The position numbers were made by a program, and so were the translations under genes. Positions 45,378 to 55,988 of a stretch of DNA of 64,000 bases are shown here, piece after piece. The DNA is taken from assembly GCA_963706285.1 (NCBI GenBank), contig CAVPLU010000003.1:1-64000 (forward strand). Reading direction: 5' to 3'. The notes beneath the pieces were generated by a model, which worked only from the letters and a program-made list of their open reading frames with translations, was not told where the DNA came from and made no database searches. Each line of letters begins with the position of its first letter. The first letter of the stretch is position 1. The DNA is from Candidatus Bathyarchaeota archaeon. GTDB lineage: Archaea; Thermoproteota; Bathyarchaeia; 40CM-2-53-6.

Positions 45378-45461
45378 AAGAGGCCCCTCTTTCCCGGAAA
45401 GAGGCCCCTCTTTAGGTCAAAGCGGCACCTCTTTCCCGGAGGGCGGCACCTCTTTGCAGAG
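45378..45461. repeat. 4 x 21-bp tandem repeat
   Basis: AAGAGGCCCCTCTTTCCCGGA / AAGAGGCCCCTCTTTAGGTCA / AAGCGGCACCTCTTTCCCGGA / GGGCGGCACCTCTTTGCAGAG. Confidence 0.85.
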
Positions 45462-45575
45462 AGTGGTCCTACATAATGCCACGCATGCCGCGGGCGCAGC
45501 GATAGGGAAAGAGGATAGCGGGGGCATCTCGCATTGGGCGCACAGTCTGACAGCCCTTTGTCATCGTTATTGTTA

Positions 45576-45617
45576 TTGTGTATGAGTAGGCTGGTGCGGG
45601 CAGTGGAGTTTGAACTG
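45576..45617 (-). repeat. Modular site (core 45585-45598)
   Basis: rc AGTTCAAACTCCACTGCC-CGCACCAGCCTACT-CATACACAA. Confidence 0.82.
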
Positions 45618-45779
45618 CGATTCTAGGCGACGGCAATTCATCATGCCGGCTGGGACAGAGAATCATCAAACTACGTTTTCTCGTAAGCGGGTATGATTCT
45701 TTGACGACGTCTGCCGAAACAAGGAAAGAAGGGTTAAATGCGCCTCAGGCTGCATGGCGCAGTTCGGTCGTCATCTAGA

Positions 45780-46103
45780 ATGCAGTTCTGCTCGAAATGC
45801 AGTCTGACGCTTGTTCCAACAAAGAAGGAAGAGACTGTTGTGCTAACATGCCCAAAGTGCGGGCAAGAAACTAGACGTTCAGATCCAGTGATGCAGAAAC
45901 TCGGAAAGACCAAGGAATCCATCGTGGTAATCGGCAAAAAGGAAGAGAACATACGAACTCTCCCGACAGCAAAAACTCGCTGCCAAAAATGCGGGCATGG
46001 AGAAGCTTTCTATTGGATGGTGCAAACGCGCGGGGGCGATGAAGCATCAACCCAGTTCTTCAGGTGTGCCAAATGCGGAGTAACATGGCGAGAGTATTCA
46101 TGA
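45780..46103 (+). CDS. tfs: Archaeal transcription factor S (TFS/RpoM family)
   Basis: MQFCSKC..CPKCG and CQKCG..WMVQTRGGDEASTQFFRCAKCG..WRE; acidic DE pair intact. Confidence 0.9.
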   Translation: MQFCSKCSLTLVPTKKEETVVLTCPKCGQETRRSDPVMQKLGKTKESIVVIGKKEENIRTLPTAKTRCQKCGHGEAFYWMVQTRGGDEASTQFFRCAKCGVTWREYS

Positions 46104-46237
46104 AACCCCGAAGTTGGGAAACCACTGTAGAGATAGGATAGCTCCCGATAGCGGTCGTCGCAGAACCAGACAAAGAGACAGGGCAGGGATAGATGTTCGC
46201 CCAGCTGGCACTTAATTCGTCGTTAACGAACTGGTCT

Positions 46238-47407
46238 TCACTGGTGAGACTCGTTGTCTCTCACCAACAGGACGACTGATATGAGGAAAAGAGTGTACAC
46301 CGCTGCAATGAGCCATGAGATCGAATAGCCAAACGATATGGCGAGAAGAGAGAACGCCACCGGAGACCAGAATCCTGCGAACATTTGAATACAATTTACC
46401 CAGCTTACTGCAAGCGTTTCATATTCCGCTGACACGGCCGGGACCTCTCGCGCGGCCAAGTAGCTAATAGTGAAGGCGCCACTGCAACTCCCCACAATGA
46501 TAGTGGCCCCGATTGCAGAGTAAGAGTTTCCAATGGAAACTAATGCGACCGCGATTGCCAATGCTGATCCGAGAGAGAATAGCAACAAGCGAATTCTCCT
46601 TGTTTTATCATATAGTAACCCAAACAGAGGAGATGCAAATATCGCAGATAACGGACTGAGACTCCCTATTATTCCAGCTGACGCCGGCCCCAGATTCAAT
46701 GACTGTTCAAGATAGAAGATCATGAAAGTGTTAATGAGGATCTGACCGCTGCCTATCCCAAATAGGTAAAGCGAAAGTATGAGCAACCATCTATTCGAAA
46801 GCACTTTTCGCAAGTCATCTGCCTTGATGACAAAGCCTTTGCGCAGTTCATCTCTTGGCAAGTATGCCAAGAGGAAGAGGGCGCCTAGAACGCCTAGAGC
46901 ACTGCTAATAGCTAGGCTTAAGCGCCATCCAGTCAGATCAGCTAGAACTGACCATGCAAAAAGACCCAGCGCTCCTCCAACATAGAATGCTGCGTTGAAA
47001 ACTCCAACTCCGAAGCCTTGTGATTTACGACTAAACGACTTTGCGACTAGTGTGACTCCTGGACCAAAAAATAGGGCCATGCCAACTCCGACGAAGAATC
47101 TCAGTATGACGAACTGATAGAACTCAGAAGTGACTGCCGTCAGACTCGTTGCAGCCGACGAAATCAGTATCCCGTATATGGCGATTTTCCTTGGTCCGAA
47201 CTTTGCTGCGAATACTCCTCCTGGAATTTGAAACACACCTAGTCCAATGTAGAAACTCGCAGTAACGAAGCCTAGGCCTGAAACATCTTGACCGAAATCA
47301 TGAGCCATGAATGCGAAAACTGCAGCCACGTTATACCAATTAACCGCATAGATTACTCTAGAAAAGACCAACGAAGCGACGGCGCCGCGGTTAGATATGC
47401 TTCTCAT
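46238..47407 (-). CDS. MFS transporter
   Basis: About 12 TM; GVFAAKFGPRK motif A, LRFFVGVG; start ATG 47407. Confidence 0.88.
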   Translation of the reverse strand: MRSISNRGAVASLVFSRVIYAVNWYNVAAVFAFMAHDFGQDVSGLGFVTASFYIGLGVFQIPGGVFAAKFGPRKIAIYGILISSAATSLTAVTSEFYQFVILRFFVGVGMALFFGPGVTLVAKSFSRKSQGFGVGVFNAAFYVGGALGLFAWSVLADLTGWRLSLAISSALGVLGALFLLAYLPRDELRKGFVIKADDLRKVLSNRWLLILSLYLFGIGSGQILINTFMIFYLEQSLNLGPASAGIIGSLSPLSAIFASPLFGLLYDKTRRIRLLLFSLGSALAIAVALVSIGNSYSAIGATIIVGSCSGAFTISYLAAREVPAVSAEYETLAVSWVNCIQMFAGFWSPVAFSLLAISFGYSISWLIAAVYTLFLISVVLLVRDNESHQ

Positions 47408-47491
47408 TTGAATAGTTGTCCAGCAATTAATGCGTGGTCGCAGTGAGCATTTCAAACCTAAAGAACTATGCTGACGGCGGGACCTCTTAGC

Positions 47492-47520
47492 GTGTGTGTA
47501 GCTTAGTGCGCACCACCACA
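47492..47520 (-). repeat. Modular site (core 47497-47510)
   Basis: GTGTG-TGTAGCTTAGTGCG-CACCACCAC. Confidence 0.75.
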
Positions 47521-47678
47521 ATACGCCCCTATGTGACTGCAGACTACCATGAAAGACTCGACTGAAGCACAGCATGTGCTAAGACAAGTCTTCTTTGAGT
47601 CCAGAATATTCGGGGCTGCCGGCAATAAGACTCTACATGCAGAGTTAAAATACCGCGTCGCGCGTTTTCCACATTACG

Positions 47679-48521
47679 ATGACTACTAAAGTCTGTCTCG
47701 TAACAGGCGCCAGTTCTGGTGTTGGTCGAGCTACGGCAGCCAGATTAGCAGGAACCGGCGCAGGTGTGGTAGTGGTTTGTCGTGACAGGACTCGCGGAGA
47801 ACAGGCTCGTAAGGAAATTATTTCACAGACCCAAAACCAATCAGTTGACTTGATGATCGCCGACCTATCCTCTCTGGCTTCTGTTCGCAGTCTGGTGGCC
47901 AATTTCGAAGCGAGATACTCCAGACTAGACGTGCTGATAAACGACGCTGCGATTTACAGCAGCACTCGTGAAGTTACGCCTGATGGCTTTGAGTTAATGT
48001 TTGCAACAAACTATTTGGGGCCGTTCCTCCTTACCCGTTTGCTGATTCCTCGCCTAGTAGCAGCGGCGCCTTCCAGAGTCATCAGCGTGACTGCACCCTC
48101 TACAACTAGACCGAATCTCAATGACCTGCAAGGAGAACGAAAGTTCGGGGCGTTGAGTGCCTTCGGGGCGTCGAAAGCCGCGGATCTCCTCTTCACTTAC
48201 GCACTCTCTCGCAGGCTTGAACGAGTAGGCGTGATGGCAAATGCCTATCATCCCGGCATCGTGCGAACAGGCCTGATGAGCAGGGCGTCTGTGCCTGTTC
48301 GATTGGTCTCAAGCGTTATGAATTTGTTCGTCGGGGTCACGCCTGAACGAGCTTCTAAGGGGTTAGTAGAGTTGGCCACGTCTGACAGATTTACGAAATT
48401 GACAGGACAACTCGTGCACAATGGCAAGACGATTGCCGCACCGTTCGTCGAGGACGTAGACTTTCAAGACCATCTGTGGAAAACAAGCTGCGGACTCGTC
48501 GGACTACCGGAAACGGTTTGA
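47679..48521 (+). CDS. Short-chain dehydrogenase/reductase (retinol dehydrogenase-like)
   Basis: TGASSGVG, DLSSLASVR, FATNYLGPFLLT; YxxxK reads FGASK, so catalytic Tyr is replaced. Confidence 0.88.
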   Translation: MTTKVCLVTGASSGVGRATAARLAGTGAGVVVVCRDRTRGEQARKEIISQTQNQSVDLMIADLSSLASVRSLVANFEARYSRLDVLINDAAIYSSTREVTPDGFELMFATNYLGPFLLTRLLIPRLVAAAPSRVISVTAPSTTRPNLNDLQGERKFGALSAFGASKAADLLFTYALSRRLERVGVMANAYHPGIVRTGLMSRASVPVRLVSSVMNLFVGVTPERASKGLVELATSDRFTKLTGQLVHNGKTIAAPFVEDVDFQDHLWKTSCGLVGLPETV

Positions 48522-48615
48522 TCATCTCAACTCATCACATGGGTACAAGAGACGTAGTTTACAGAAAATGGAGAACGTACTGAGTTAAGGAGGTTGCATC
48601 GCTTCGCTCGTGACA

Positions 48616-49110
48616 TCAAAGACTCTGCGACTCTTCCTCAAAGAATCCTGTGAGTGATGCTGGGATTTCCACCATAGGTCTTGCTCTCTGATATTCTGCC
48701 CGAGTTACGGACTTGGTCTCCATTTCAAGGAAAGCCCTAGCCATCCCATCTTGCTTTAGTTCAGCCCTGATCTGGGCCATGGGTCCCTCACGCTTGACGA
48801 TCCAGCCTGTCCCCGATATAGGACGTTTTGTACTCATATCTCCGAGCTTCATGTCAATCGTCTTAGGCATTAGGGGAACTCGATGAAGAATTCCACCGGC
48901 TGTCCAGATGATCAGATCGACGAGCACTGCGTATACAATTCCAGGGTTGACGACACCGGGCTGACCAGACCACCACTTTGTAGGGATGCATTCGGTGGTG
49001 ACACGATCGTCTCCCTTGAAGAATCTCAGTCTAAGGCCCATCGGATTCTGTGGGCCACACCCGAAGCAGAGGTTGTCGTCCGAATTTTCGAGTTCGACTC
49101 GTTGAGTCAT
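48616..49110 (-). CDS. PaaI/hotdog-fold thioesterase-like protein
   Basis: CFGCGPQNPMGLRLRF, GQPGVVNPGI...D. Confidence 0.78.
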   Translation of the reverse strand: MTQRVELENSDDNLCFGCGPQNPMGLRLRFFKGDDRVTTECIPTKWWSGQPGVVNPGIVYAVLVDLIIWTAGGILHRVPLMPKTIDMKLGDMSTKRPISGTGWIVKREGPMAQIRAELKQDGMARAFLEMETKSVTRAEYQRARPMVEIPASLTGFFEEESQSL

Positions 49111-49220
49111 GTAGACACAGGCACCCCGCCGTCTTTATATCAATTCCGAAGCGTGCTTCCGCGATTTGAAATTGAGGAACTAAGAAGGGTGATCGTTTGC
49201 TTTACCACAGTTTTTGAAAA

Positions 49221-49360
49221 GGTGGTGGTCTGCTCTGGATGCTTGCGCCAGAATTTGGACAGGCATTTACGTGTGTGTGGGTACCGTGGCGTGCACACAC
49301 TAAATTGCACGAACGATTACGGTTCAATTCACGGCACTTGCACCAGACTCACACAAATCA
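49221..49360. repeat. Modular site cluster, three copies (cores about 49228 minus, 49280-49293 minus, about 49339 plus)
   Basis: GTGTGTGTG-GGTACCGTGGCGTG-CACACAC flanked by outward-reading G(G)T(T/C)CAA(A/T)T arms. Confidence 0.78.
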
Positions 49361-49504
49361 AACGAAAGACGACGGACGAGAGCTGAAATTCGGATTGTAG
49401 CCTCTTGTTGTACTGATTTTCTTACGGACAGCGCCAAGAATGGACTCTGGTAGACAGTTCGGAAAGCCAAGTTGAAATACTGACCGAGACTAATCCTAAC
49501 AGTC

Positions 49505-49942
49505 ATGCCGAAATCATTCGTGATCGAGCAATCGTACTACTTTGAGGTGGCGTTCGACAAGGTCTTCCAAGCGTTGACAGACTCGAAGATGCTTGTGAAA
49601 TGGTTCCTGTCGAAGGCTAAAATCGTATCGAAGAAGGGCGGGAGCTACTCCTTCGCTTGGATCGGAGGATATCATATGACTGGAAAGGTGAAGCGATTTG
49701 AGACGAACAAGGCTGTCTCCTTTTCGTGGTCTGATAAGCTGAAGAGTGGAGAATTGGCGAAAACTACGGCCTCGTTCAAAGTTGCTAAGAAAGGGCATGG
49801 GACTCTGCTGAAGCTGCGTCACACAGGTTTCGAGGACCCCGAGCACTTCGCAGAATGCTCCTCACGATGGGGATACTATCTGACCAACATGAAGTCAGTC
49901 TTGGACCATGGCATAGACCTGCGGTCAAAGTACGACTCGTAG
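49505..49942 (+). CDS. SRPBCC/AHSA1 domain protein
   Basis: KVFQALTD..LVKWF, VSFSW, GTLLKLRHTGF, WGYYLTNMKSVL. Confidence 0.85.
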   Translation: MPKSFVIEQSYYFEVAFDKVFQALTDSKMLVKWFLSKAKIVSKKGGSYSFAWIGGYHMTGKVKRFETNKAVSFSWSDKLKSGELAKTTASFKVAKKGHGTLLKLRHTGFEDPEHFAECSSRWGYYLTNMKSVLDHGIDLRSKYDS

Positions 49943-50126
49943 ACTCACCGCCAATTATCAATCAACGGGCAATCAATCCTTTGTCCTTAATCGTTTCGTA
50001 ATTGTGTCTGTATGCACTAAGGTGCCCGTTGTCGGGTGGGCTTGTGCACACGTAACCAGAAAATTCCAATCCAAGAACGCCTGTTCAAGTCAACCTGAAG
50101 ACTCTGACTTCTTCTGGGGTTCCAAC

Positions 50127-50789
50127 TCATTTGTGAAGTGTAACAACTCGGCGGTGCCTGTCTATCCAGTAACCTAGAGGCACCGTTATCCACAGCAGAA
50201 GCAGAGTCGATGCGACGGCCTGTTCATTTGGCGGAGACGGACCGAACTGGCTGACAAAATAGACTGCGACCAAAACAACCGCGAGAGCCCACGCTCCAAA
50301 TCGTCCCAACCGATCATTCGCCACAGTTGAACGAAGATAGAGTGAAAAACCAAAGACGAACAAACCTAGCTCTAACAGTATCGTGAGCGGAAGAGAATTC
50401 CATCCTCCCAAACCAACCTTTAACCCATCCTCGAAGCCCAGAGGCAAGTCCGGCCTGTGCATGATCAAGTCGAGAAACCAATGGCTAGAAACAGCAAGAC
50501 CTACCACTGTCGCCGATCGGAGATCACGTCTAACAACATAGTAGACACCTCCAAGAAGAATCGAATAGACCAACGCGGCAGCTAAGCTGTGGCTGTACGG
50601 GTAAGAGTAGAGATCAAGACTAGAAGCCGCCATGAGCCCAGGCTTCACTGAAGCATGCTCCACTCCTGCCAAAAGAAGGATTGCAAAAACCAAGTCAAGC
50701 AGCTCAGCGGCAAGAATCAGAGTACCCAACGATACTCTCAACGCAACACGTTTTGCCCCAAAACCAACACCGAAATGACCCAGAAACAT
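50127..50789 (-). CDS. Membrane-bound metal-dependent hydrolase-like protein
   Basis: MFLGHF, YSHSL, SHWFLDLIMHRPDLPL. Confidence 0.8.
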   Translation of the reverse strand: MFLGHFGVGFGAKRVALRVSLGTLILAAELLDLVFAILLLAGVEHASVKPGLMAASSLDLYSYPYSHSLAAALVYSILLGGVYYVVRRDLRSATVVGLAVSSHWFLDLIMHRPDLPLGFEDGLKVGLGGWNSLPLTILLELGLFVFGFSLYLRSTVANDRLGRFGAWALAVVLVAVYFVSQFGPSPPNEQAVASTLLLLWITVPLGYWIDRHRRVVTLHK

Positions 50790-51013
50790 CCGGCAGCACC
50801 CTACCCTAGCTACCTCTGAAATGGCTCACGCCGGAACTTCAGACTTTTCATCCTTTCACACACAACTCAAACGACGACCCCACCAAAGGATGGCACATAG
50901 AAGCGAGCGATGCAAAGAGCGGCGCAAGCGTCGAAGCGCTTCAGTGTAGGGGTTCAGTACCGTACGATTGATATCCACCAGTTTTGATGTGTCGGCTACT
51001 CAAGGAGATTCTC

Positions 51014-51508
51014 ATGAAGCCGGTTCTGTTGGTGATAGACGTCCAGAAAGAGTACTTCAAAAACCCCAGAACGGCGCAATCCCTCAACGATGCTATTGCA
51101 TACATCAATGCGACCATAGAACTGTTCAGAGAGAAACATCTGCCAATTGTCTGCATTCAGGACGTGGATAAGGAGGAGGGAGTTGTGCCGGGCAAAGACG
51201 GGTTCGAACTGCCTCAGAACCTGAACATACTGTCTTCGGATCTTCACATTCATAAGACTTACAGAAATTCTTTCAACAAGACACCCCTTGGAGAGAGACT
51301 GCGAGAATTGGGCGTCGACACTGTAATCATCACTGGTTACTCCGCTGAACGTTGTGTGTTGTCTACGTATCGAGGCGCGGAGGACCTTGATTTGACATCC
51401 ATCATTTTGAGGGGCGCTCTTGCCAGCGATAATCAAGAGAATATTGAGTTTGTCGAACGCATCAGCAACATAATCTCTTATGAGAGTTTGAAGAAGGCCC
51501 TTGAATAG
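51014..51508 (+). CDS. Isochorismatase-family cysteine hydrolase
   Basis: LLVIDVQ, KTYRNSF, ITGYSAERCVLST; SD AGGAG. Confidence 0.88.
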   Translation: MKPVLLVIDVQKEYFKNPRTAQSLNDAIAYINATIELFREKHLPIVCIQDVDKEEGVVPGKDGFELPQNLNILSSDLHIHKTYRNSFNKTPLGERLRELGVDTVIITGYSAERCVLSTYRGAEDLDLTSIILRGALASDNQENIEFVERISNIISYESLKKALE

Positions 51509-51587
51509 TATCTATGACAGGAACTATTCGAAGCGCACGACAAATTGTGCTCTGAATCGTCGGTAGCGAACGTTCTTGGGATTTTCT

Positions 51588-51626
51588 ATGTGGTATCACT
51601 CGTGCGAGCGCCGTGCAATTTGAACC
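51588..51626 (-). repeat. Modular site (core 51593-51606)
   Basis: rc GGTTCAAATTGCACGGCGCT-CGCACGAGTGATAC-CACAT. Confidence 0.72.
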
Positions 51627-51717
51627 TCGCCAGCCGTCATCTTCGCAGATTTGCGTGTGAGTCTCATGATGCGAGACTCGGAAAGTCATACAGGCAAGGT
51701 TGATGCAAGTTCTCTTC

Positions 51718-52089
51718 TCAAGGAATGAGACGTGCTAGCGAATATCCCACTACGAACGTCCCGAGTGACATGAGTCCTGCTCCAACGATTACGATAAACC
51801 AGTTCAGGTTCCACCATTCAAGAGGTGTGTAGTTCCTAAGGAACGGAACGTACACTTTCCCCTCTTCATGCTGGTGGATATGTCCGATCGCGACTCCGAA
51901 GGCGAAGTCGGCGCCCCAGAAACCGAACGCTATCATGAAAGCACCAAGAGCAGATGAGAATACCCCGACTATGGTCGCAAGGAGACTGTTGAGCGTGTGG
52001 AAGGCAAAGGCATAGGTGACAATGATGACGACAAGACCCAATACGCATAGGAGATACTCGTGTCCTTTGATTCTCATTGTGATTCGCAT
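51718..52089 (-). CDS. Hypothetical membrane protein
   Basis: Three hydrophobic segments; lies between two repeat sites. Confidence 0.6.
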   Translation of the reverse strand: MRITMRIKGHEYLLCVLGLVVIIVTYAFAFHTLNSLLATIVGVFSSALGAFMIAFGFWGADFAFGVAIGHIHQHEEGKVYVPFLRNYTPLEWWNLNWFIVIVGAGLMSLGTFVVGYSLARLIP

Positions 52090-52407
52090 CGATACATTTG
52101 CCCACTGGAATATAATCTGGTCGTGTCGACCGTGTGCAATTCATTGAGTGGGACCGTTGCACTACGAACTATTGAATTTGTCATTGCGCACCAACCTACT
52201 CGCTGATCCCAAAACATGATCTTCGTTCGATGATCTTTGCGAATTGGGGATTTTGCGTTATCATCGTGGGTTTAAGGTCGCGCTCTTGCTATTGTTCGTG
52301 TTCTGCACTGTCTTCCGTCCGTAACGCAAATCGCAAATGACTCGCGCATGAAACGGAGTCAGTAGGGACTCTCTGTCGCTATTCTCTTGGGGGTTGGCCT
52401 CATCCGT

Positions 52408-53371
52408 CTAGTACCAACCGGCCTTTCGAAATACTACTAGAAACAAGCCGGTCATGAATGCCATTAATCCTAGTGCAAATAGGATGCTCCAGGGTTCAGA
52501 GAAAGGCGGCCATGTGTGTTGAAAGTTCATTCCGTAGAATCCGCCCACCGCGCCCAGCATCCCGATTGTTATGGTGATCACTGTCAGCCTGTTGACGATT
52601 TGATTTAGCCGGTTTGAGACAGCCGACATGTACAAGTCGACGGTGCTGGTTAGCGCGTCGCGGTAAGTGTCGACCATATCGGTGATCCGCAGCAGGTGAT
52701 CGTAGACATCGCGTAGGTAGTATTGAAGTAGTCTCTGGTCAACGAACGGCAGGTCACGACGTGTCAAGACATTGAACATGTCACGTTGAGGCCCAACCAC
52801 TCGTCGCAATTCGAGAAGAGTCTTCCTCAACTGGAAGAGATTGTTCAACGCTTCTCGACTTGGTTTCGCAAGTATGACGCTCTCCAACTCGTCTATGTTT
52901 TCCCCGACGCCGTCCAGGATAGGGAAGTATGAGTTCACAACGATATCGACAAGCACGTAGAGCAGATAGCCCGCAGACACGTTAGCAACTTCGATTGGGT
53001 TACCAACTCTCTTACGCACCTCATCAATCACGGATTCGCTGCTTCGATGGACCGTCACAACATAGTTCTTCCCCACGAAGACGTCAAGTTCTCTGAAGGA
53101 GAGCTTCCTTTTCCGAATCTGATGATACAGGATTCAGGATTGCGAAGAGGTAATCCCCATACTCCTCAACTTTGGGACGTTGCCTCTGGTTACGTGTATC
53201 CTCAATGGCCAGGGGGTGGAAGTGAAATATATCCCGCATAGCTTGAACATCCTCCTCAGTCGGCCCTGTCATATCCACCCAGACTGTCGATAGATTCGAC
53301 GCGAGAAGCTGAGTAAGCTCTGCTGGAGTCTTCTCAAGTGTTCCTTGCGGAGAGAACACCGTGATTTTCAA
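52408..53371 (-). CDS. corA: CorA-family Mg/Co transporter (frameshift near 53090)
   Basis: FHPLAIED..QRPKVE, YLRDVYDH, GFYGMNF. Confidence 0.9.
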
Positions 53372-53464
53372 GGGTCAAATGTCCCCTCGATGGTTCTGTA
53401 CGGCCTCCTTAAGCAGGCTGATATTCTCAAATCTTCCTACTTGCCGTAAACGCAAACATAAGAT

Positions 53465-53627
53465 GGTTAAGATTTGGACGCGTACCATAAGACCAACACG
53501 CAATCAGTCCAAGAACGACGGTTCAAATTCTTGTGCTCCGACCAAGTCATACCGTGCACACGACGACAACTGCTGACAACCAGCTCACGACTCAAACCCA
53601 GTGCTCACGCAAGGAGCGCACACAATT
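53465..53627 (+). repeat. Tandem of three degenerate modular sites
   Basis: GGTTAAGAT..CGTACCATAAGACC; GGTTCAAAT..CGACCAAGTCATAC; GACTCAAAC..CACGCAAGGAGCG-CACACAATT. Confidence 0.68.
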
Positions 53628-53691
53628 CAATAGATGAATGGGACAAGTCTAATTAATTCGAGATCATTTCGAACCCGAGGAACGTCAAATC

Positions 53692-54888
53692 ATGGTCCTG
53701 CCAATGGGATCAAAGGAGATTGCTCCAAACGTCTTCTGGGTGGGCGCGAAGCACCATAACCGAAGACTGTTCGACGGACTGATACCGCTCCCACATGGTA
53801 CCAGCTACAACGCGTATCTGATCGTAGGATCGAAGAAAACCGCTCTGATCGACACTGTAAATCCAGGGTTCGAGAAAGAACTGTTAGCCAAGATATCAGA
53901 ACGCATCGACCCCGCTAAGATAGACTACGTCATAATGAACCATGCAGAGCCAGACCACGCGAACGCAGCTAAGGATGTGTTAGCGGTTGCGAAGAATGCT
54001 AGGTTAGTTACCGGCGTGAAGGGTAAGGAGGCAGCGATGATGTACTTCGACATACCCTCAGAGAAGATCATGGTCGTCGATGAGAGTTCCATGATAGACC
54101 TCGGCGGCAAGACGTTGAAGTTCGTGGACGCTCCCTGGCTGCACTGGCCGGAGACGATATTCACGTACCTTGAGGAGGACAAGATACTGTTCCCCTGCGA
54201 CTTCTTTGGATCGCATCTGGCGGTCGGCGAGTTCTACGCGGACGAGTATGGCAACGAGAAGACGCTCGACATGGCAAAGATGTACTTCGCCGAGATCATG
54301 ATGCCGTTCAGGAAGCCTGGTCAGACAGCGATCGAGAAGGTCAAGAAGCTCGGGCCGAAGATTATTGCGCCCTCACACGGCATGATCTGGAGAGAATCGA
54401 AGATCATCCTAGACGAGTACGCCAAATGGACCAGCGAGAAGTTCCAGAGGAAGGTCATGATCGTTTATGTCTCTATGTGGGGAAGCACTGAGAAGATGGT
54501 GCTGGCCCTCAGGGATGCGCTCGTGAAGAAGGGCATCACCGTTCAGCTGTTCGACATACCGAACACGGACATCGGCCACATCGCAAAGGAACTCGTTGAT
54601 GCGCCGGTCGTCGTCGTGGGTGCACCAGCGGTGCTTGGTGGAGTACACCCGGTCGCCGCATATGCGACGATGCTGGTTAAGGTCCTGAGAGCGCCGACTA
54701 GGTATGCAGCTGTGCTTACCTCGTATGGCTGGTCCGGAGGTGCCGTGAAAGCACTCCAAGGCATCCTTGAAGGAACGAAGATCGAGGTGCTGGGCGCAGT
54801 CGAGGTTAAAGGTCCGCCTAAGAAAGCCGAGTTCGACAAGGTCACTGAACTGGCAGACACGATAGGTGAGAAACTGAATTCACTCTGA
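53692..54888 (+). CDS. fprA: Flavodiiron protein (FprA/A-type flavoprotein)
   Basis: GTSYNAYL, NHAEPDH, LHWPET, CDFFGSH, PSHG, SMWGST, SYGWSG. Confidence 0.93.
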   Translation: MVLPMGSKEIAPNVFWVGAKHHNRRLFDGLIPLPHGTSYNAYLIVGSKKTALIDTVNPGFEKELLAKISERIDPAKIDYVIMNHAEPDHANAAKDVLAVAKNARLVTGVKGKEAAMMYFDIPSEKIMVVDESSMIDLGGKTLKFVDAPWLHWPETIFTYLEEDKILFPCDFFGSHLAVGEFYADEYGNEKTLDMAKMYFAEIMMPFRKPGQTAIEKVKKLGPKIIAPSHGMIWRESKIILDEYAKWTSEKFQRKVMIVYVSMWGSTEKMVLALRDALVKKGITVQLFDIPNTDIGHIAKELVDAPVVVVGAPAVLGGVHPVAAYATMLVKVLRAPTRYAAVLTSYGWSGGAVKALQGILEGTKIEVLGAVEVKGPPKKAEFDKVTELADTIGEKLNSL

Positions 54889-54990
54889 TGCGACAAAGTG
54901 ACTCGCCCGATTTCGACCATTTGATTTACCTGAGAGAGCTTGTTTTGGGATTCCTCCCCAATCCGTCGTCAATCGTTGTTCAGGAATGAC

Positions 54991-55030
54991 TTTGTGCACA
55001 CCAAGAGAATCACACACTTCTAACAACGAC
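54991..55030 (+). repeat. Modular site (core 54997-55010)
   Basis: TTTGTG-CACACCAAGAGAAT-CACACAC. Confidence 0.7.
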
Positions 55031-55249
55031 GCTTCGAAGCATACTATGGATACTTGTACGCATCTTCTAGTGCAGGTTTGGAGCAATCTACACGTTAGAT
55101 CGTTCCGTAACTGGTGAGCTCTTCTTTCCTCTGGATATTTGCTCCATCACGATCATACGTAATATCTCCAAACTAGACTATCAACAGCAAGTGTTAATCC
55201 CTCGGATGCGGATAGATGCGTGAGGTTCATTGAGGTCTAGACTCCAGGT

Positions 55250-55723
55250 GTGGCGACGTTCTTGCCAATGACCGGCGTTTGTCCCCGTTGCTTCACGAAT
55301 GCTCCATCGGCAGCCAGCTACTGTAACAGGTGCGGAACAATGCTGCGGCGCCCTGAATCGCACGGTGAGTACTACGCACAGTACGCTCCTCCCTTGTATC
55401 CAACTCCAACCCCCGCCCAGTCGGATTCGACTACACGTCCTCAACTCATCAAAGACATCATCAACATATTGATGCTGTACTGGAATCAGCTTGACTGGAA
55501 AACTCTAGGAGCTGTGCTCGATGCGCTCTCGAAGTTCCATGCGCGTGGCGAGGGAGCGGCGGTCGCCGCACGGTATCTGAGAGAATTGAGAGAATGGTTA
55601 GGCCCTTCCGAGGTCTTCGTCTATGGTGGATACTACTATTGCAAGAAGCATCAGAGTCCCTTGCAGTATGTGGAAGGTAGGCTGTGGTGCCCGGTTGAAC
55701 AGAGATACTTACGGACGGAGTAG
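55250..55723 (+). CDS. Zinc-ribbon domain hypothetical protein
   Basis: CPRC..N...ASYCNRCGT; C-terminal CKKH..WCP. Confidence 0.6.
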   Translation: MATFLPMTGVCPRCFTNAPSAASYCNRCGTMLRRPESHGEYYAQYAPPLYPTPTPAQSDSTTRPQLIKDIINILMLYWNQLDWKTLGAVLDALSKFHARGEGAAVAARYLRELREWLGPSEVFVYGGYYYCKKHQSPLQYVEGRLWCPVEQRYLRTE

Positions 55724-55988
55724 AAGACCTCACCACCACGAAGAAAAAGGACTCGAACTCAAGCGGACTGTCACGCGTCGCTGAGCCGAAATTGATGGAT
55801 GAAAGGCAGCGGTATCTGATCCAAAACGAGTGCAGAGCGCTAAGAGGATAGCTAAGCAAGACTATCGCAAACTAAGCGAAGCACAGAGAATTGACTTGTG
55901 CAGCATTCGTCAGGTGGGTAGGATATTATGGCTTCGTAGCGGCTGTGGTGAGCTTGTGGAGTATCAGATAACGCAGGGACAAACTCCT

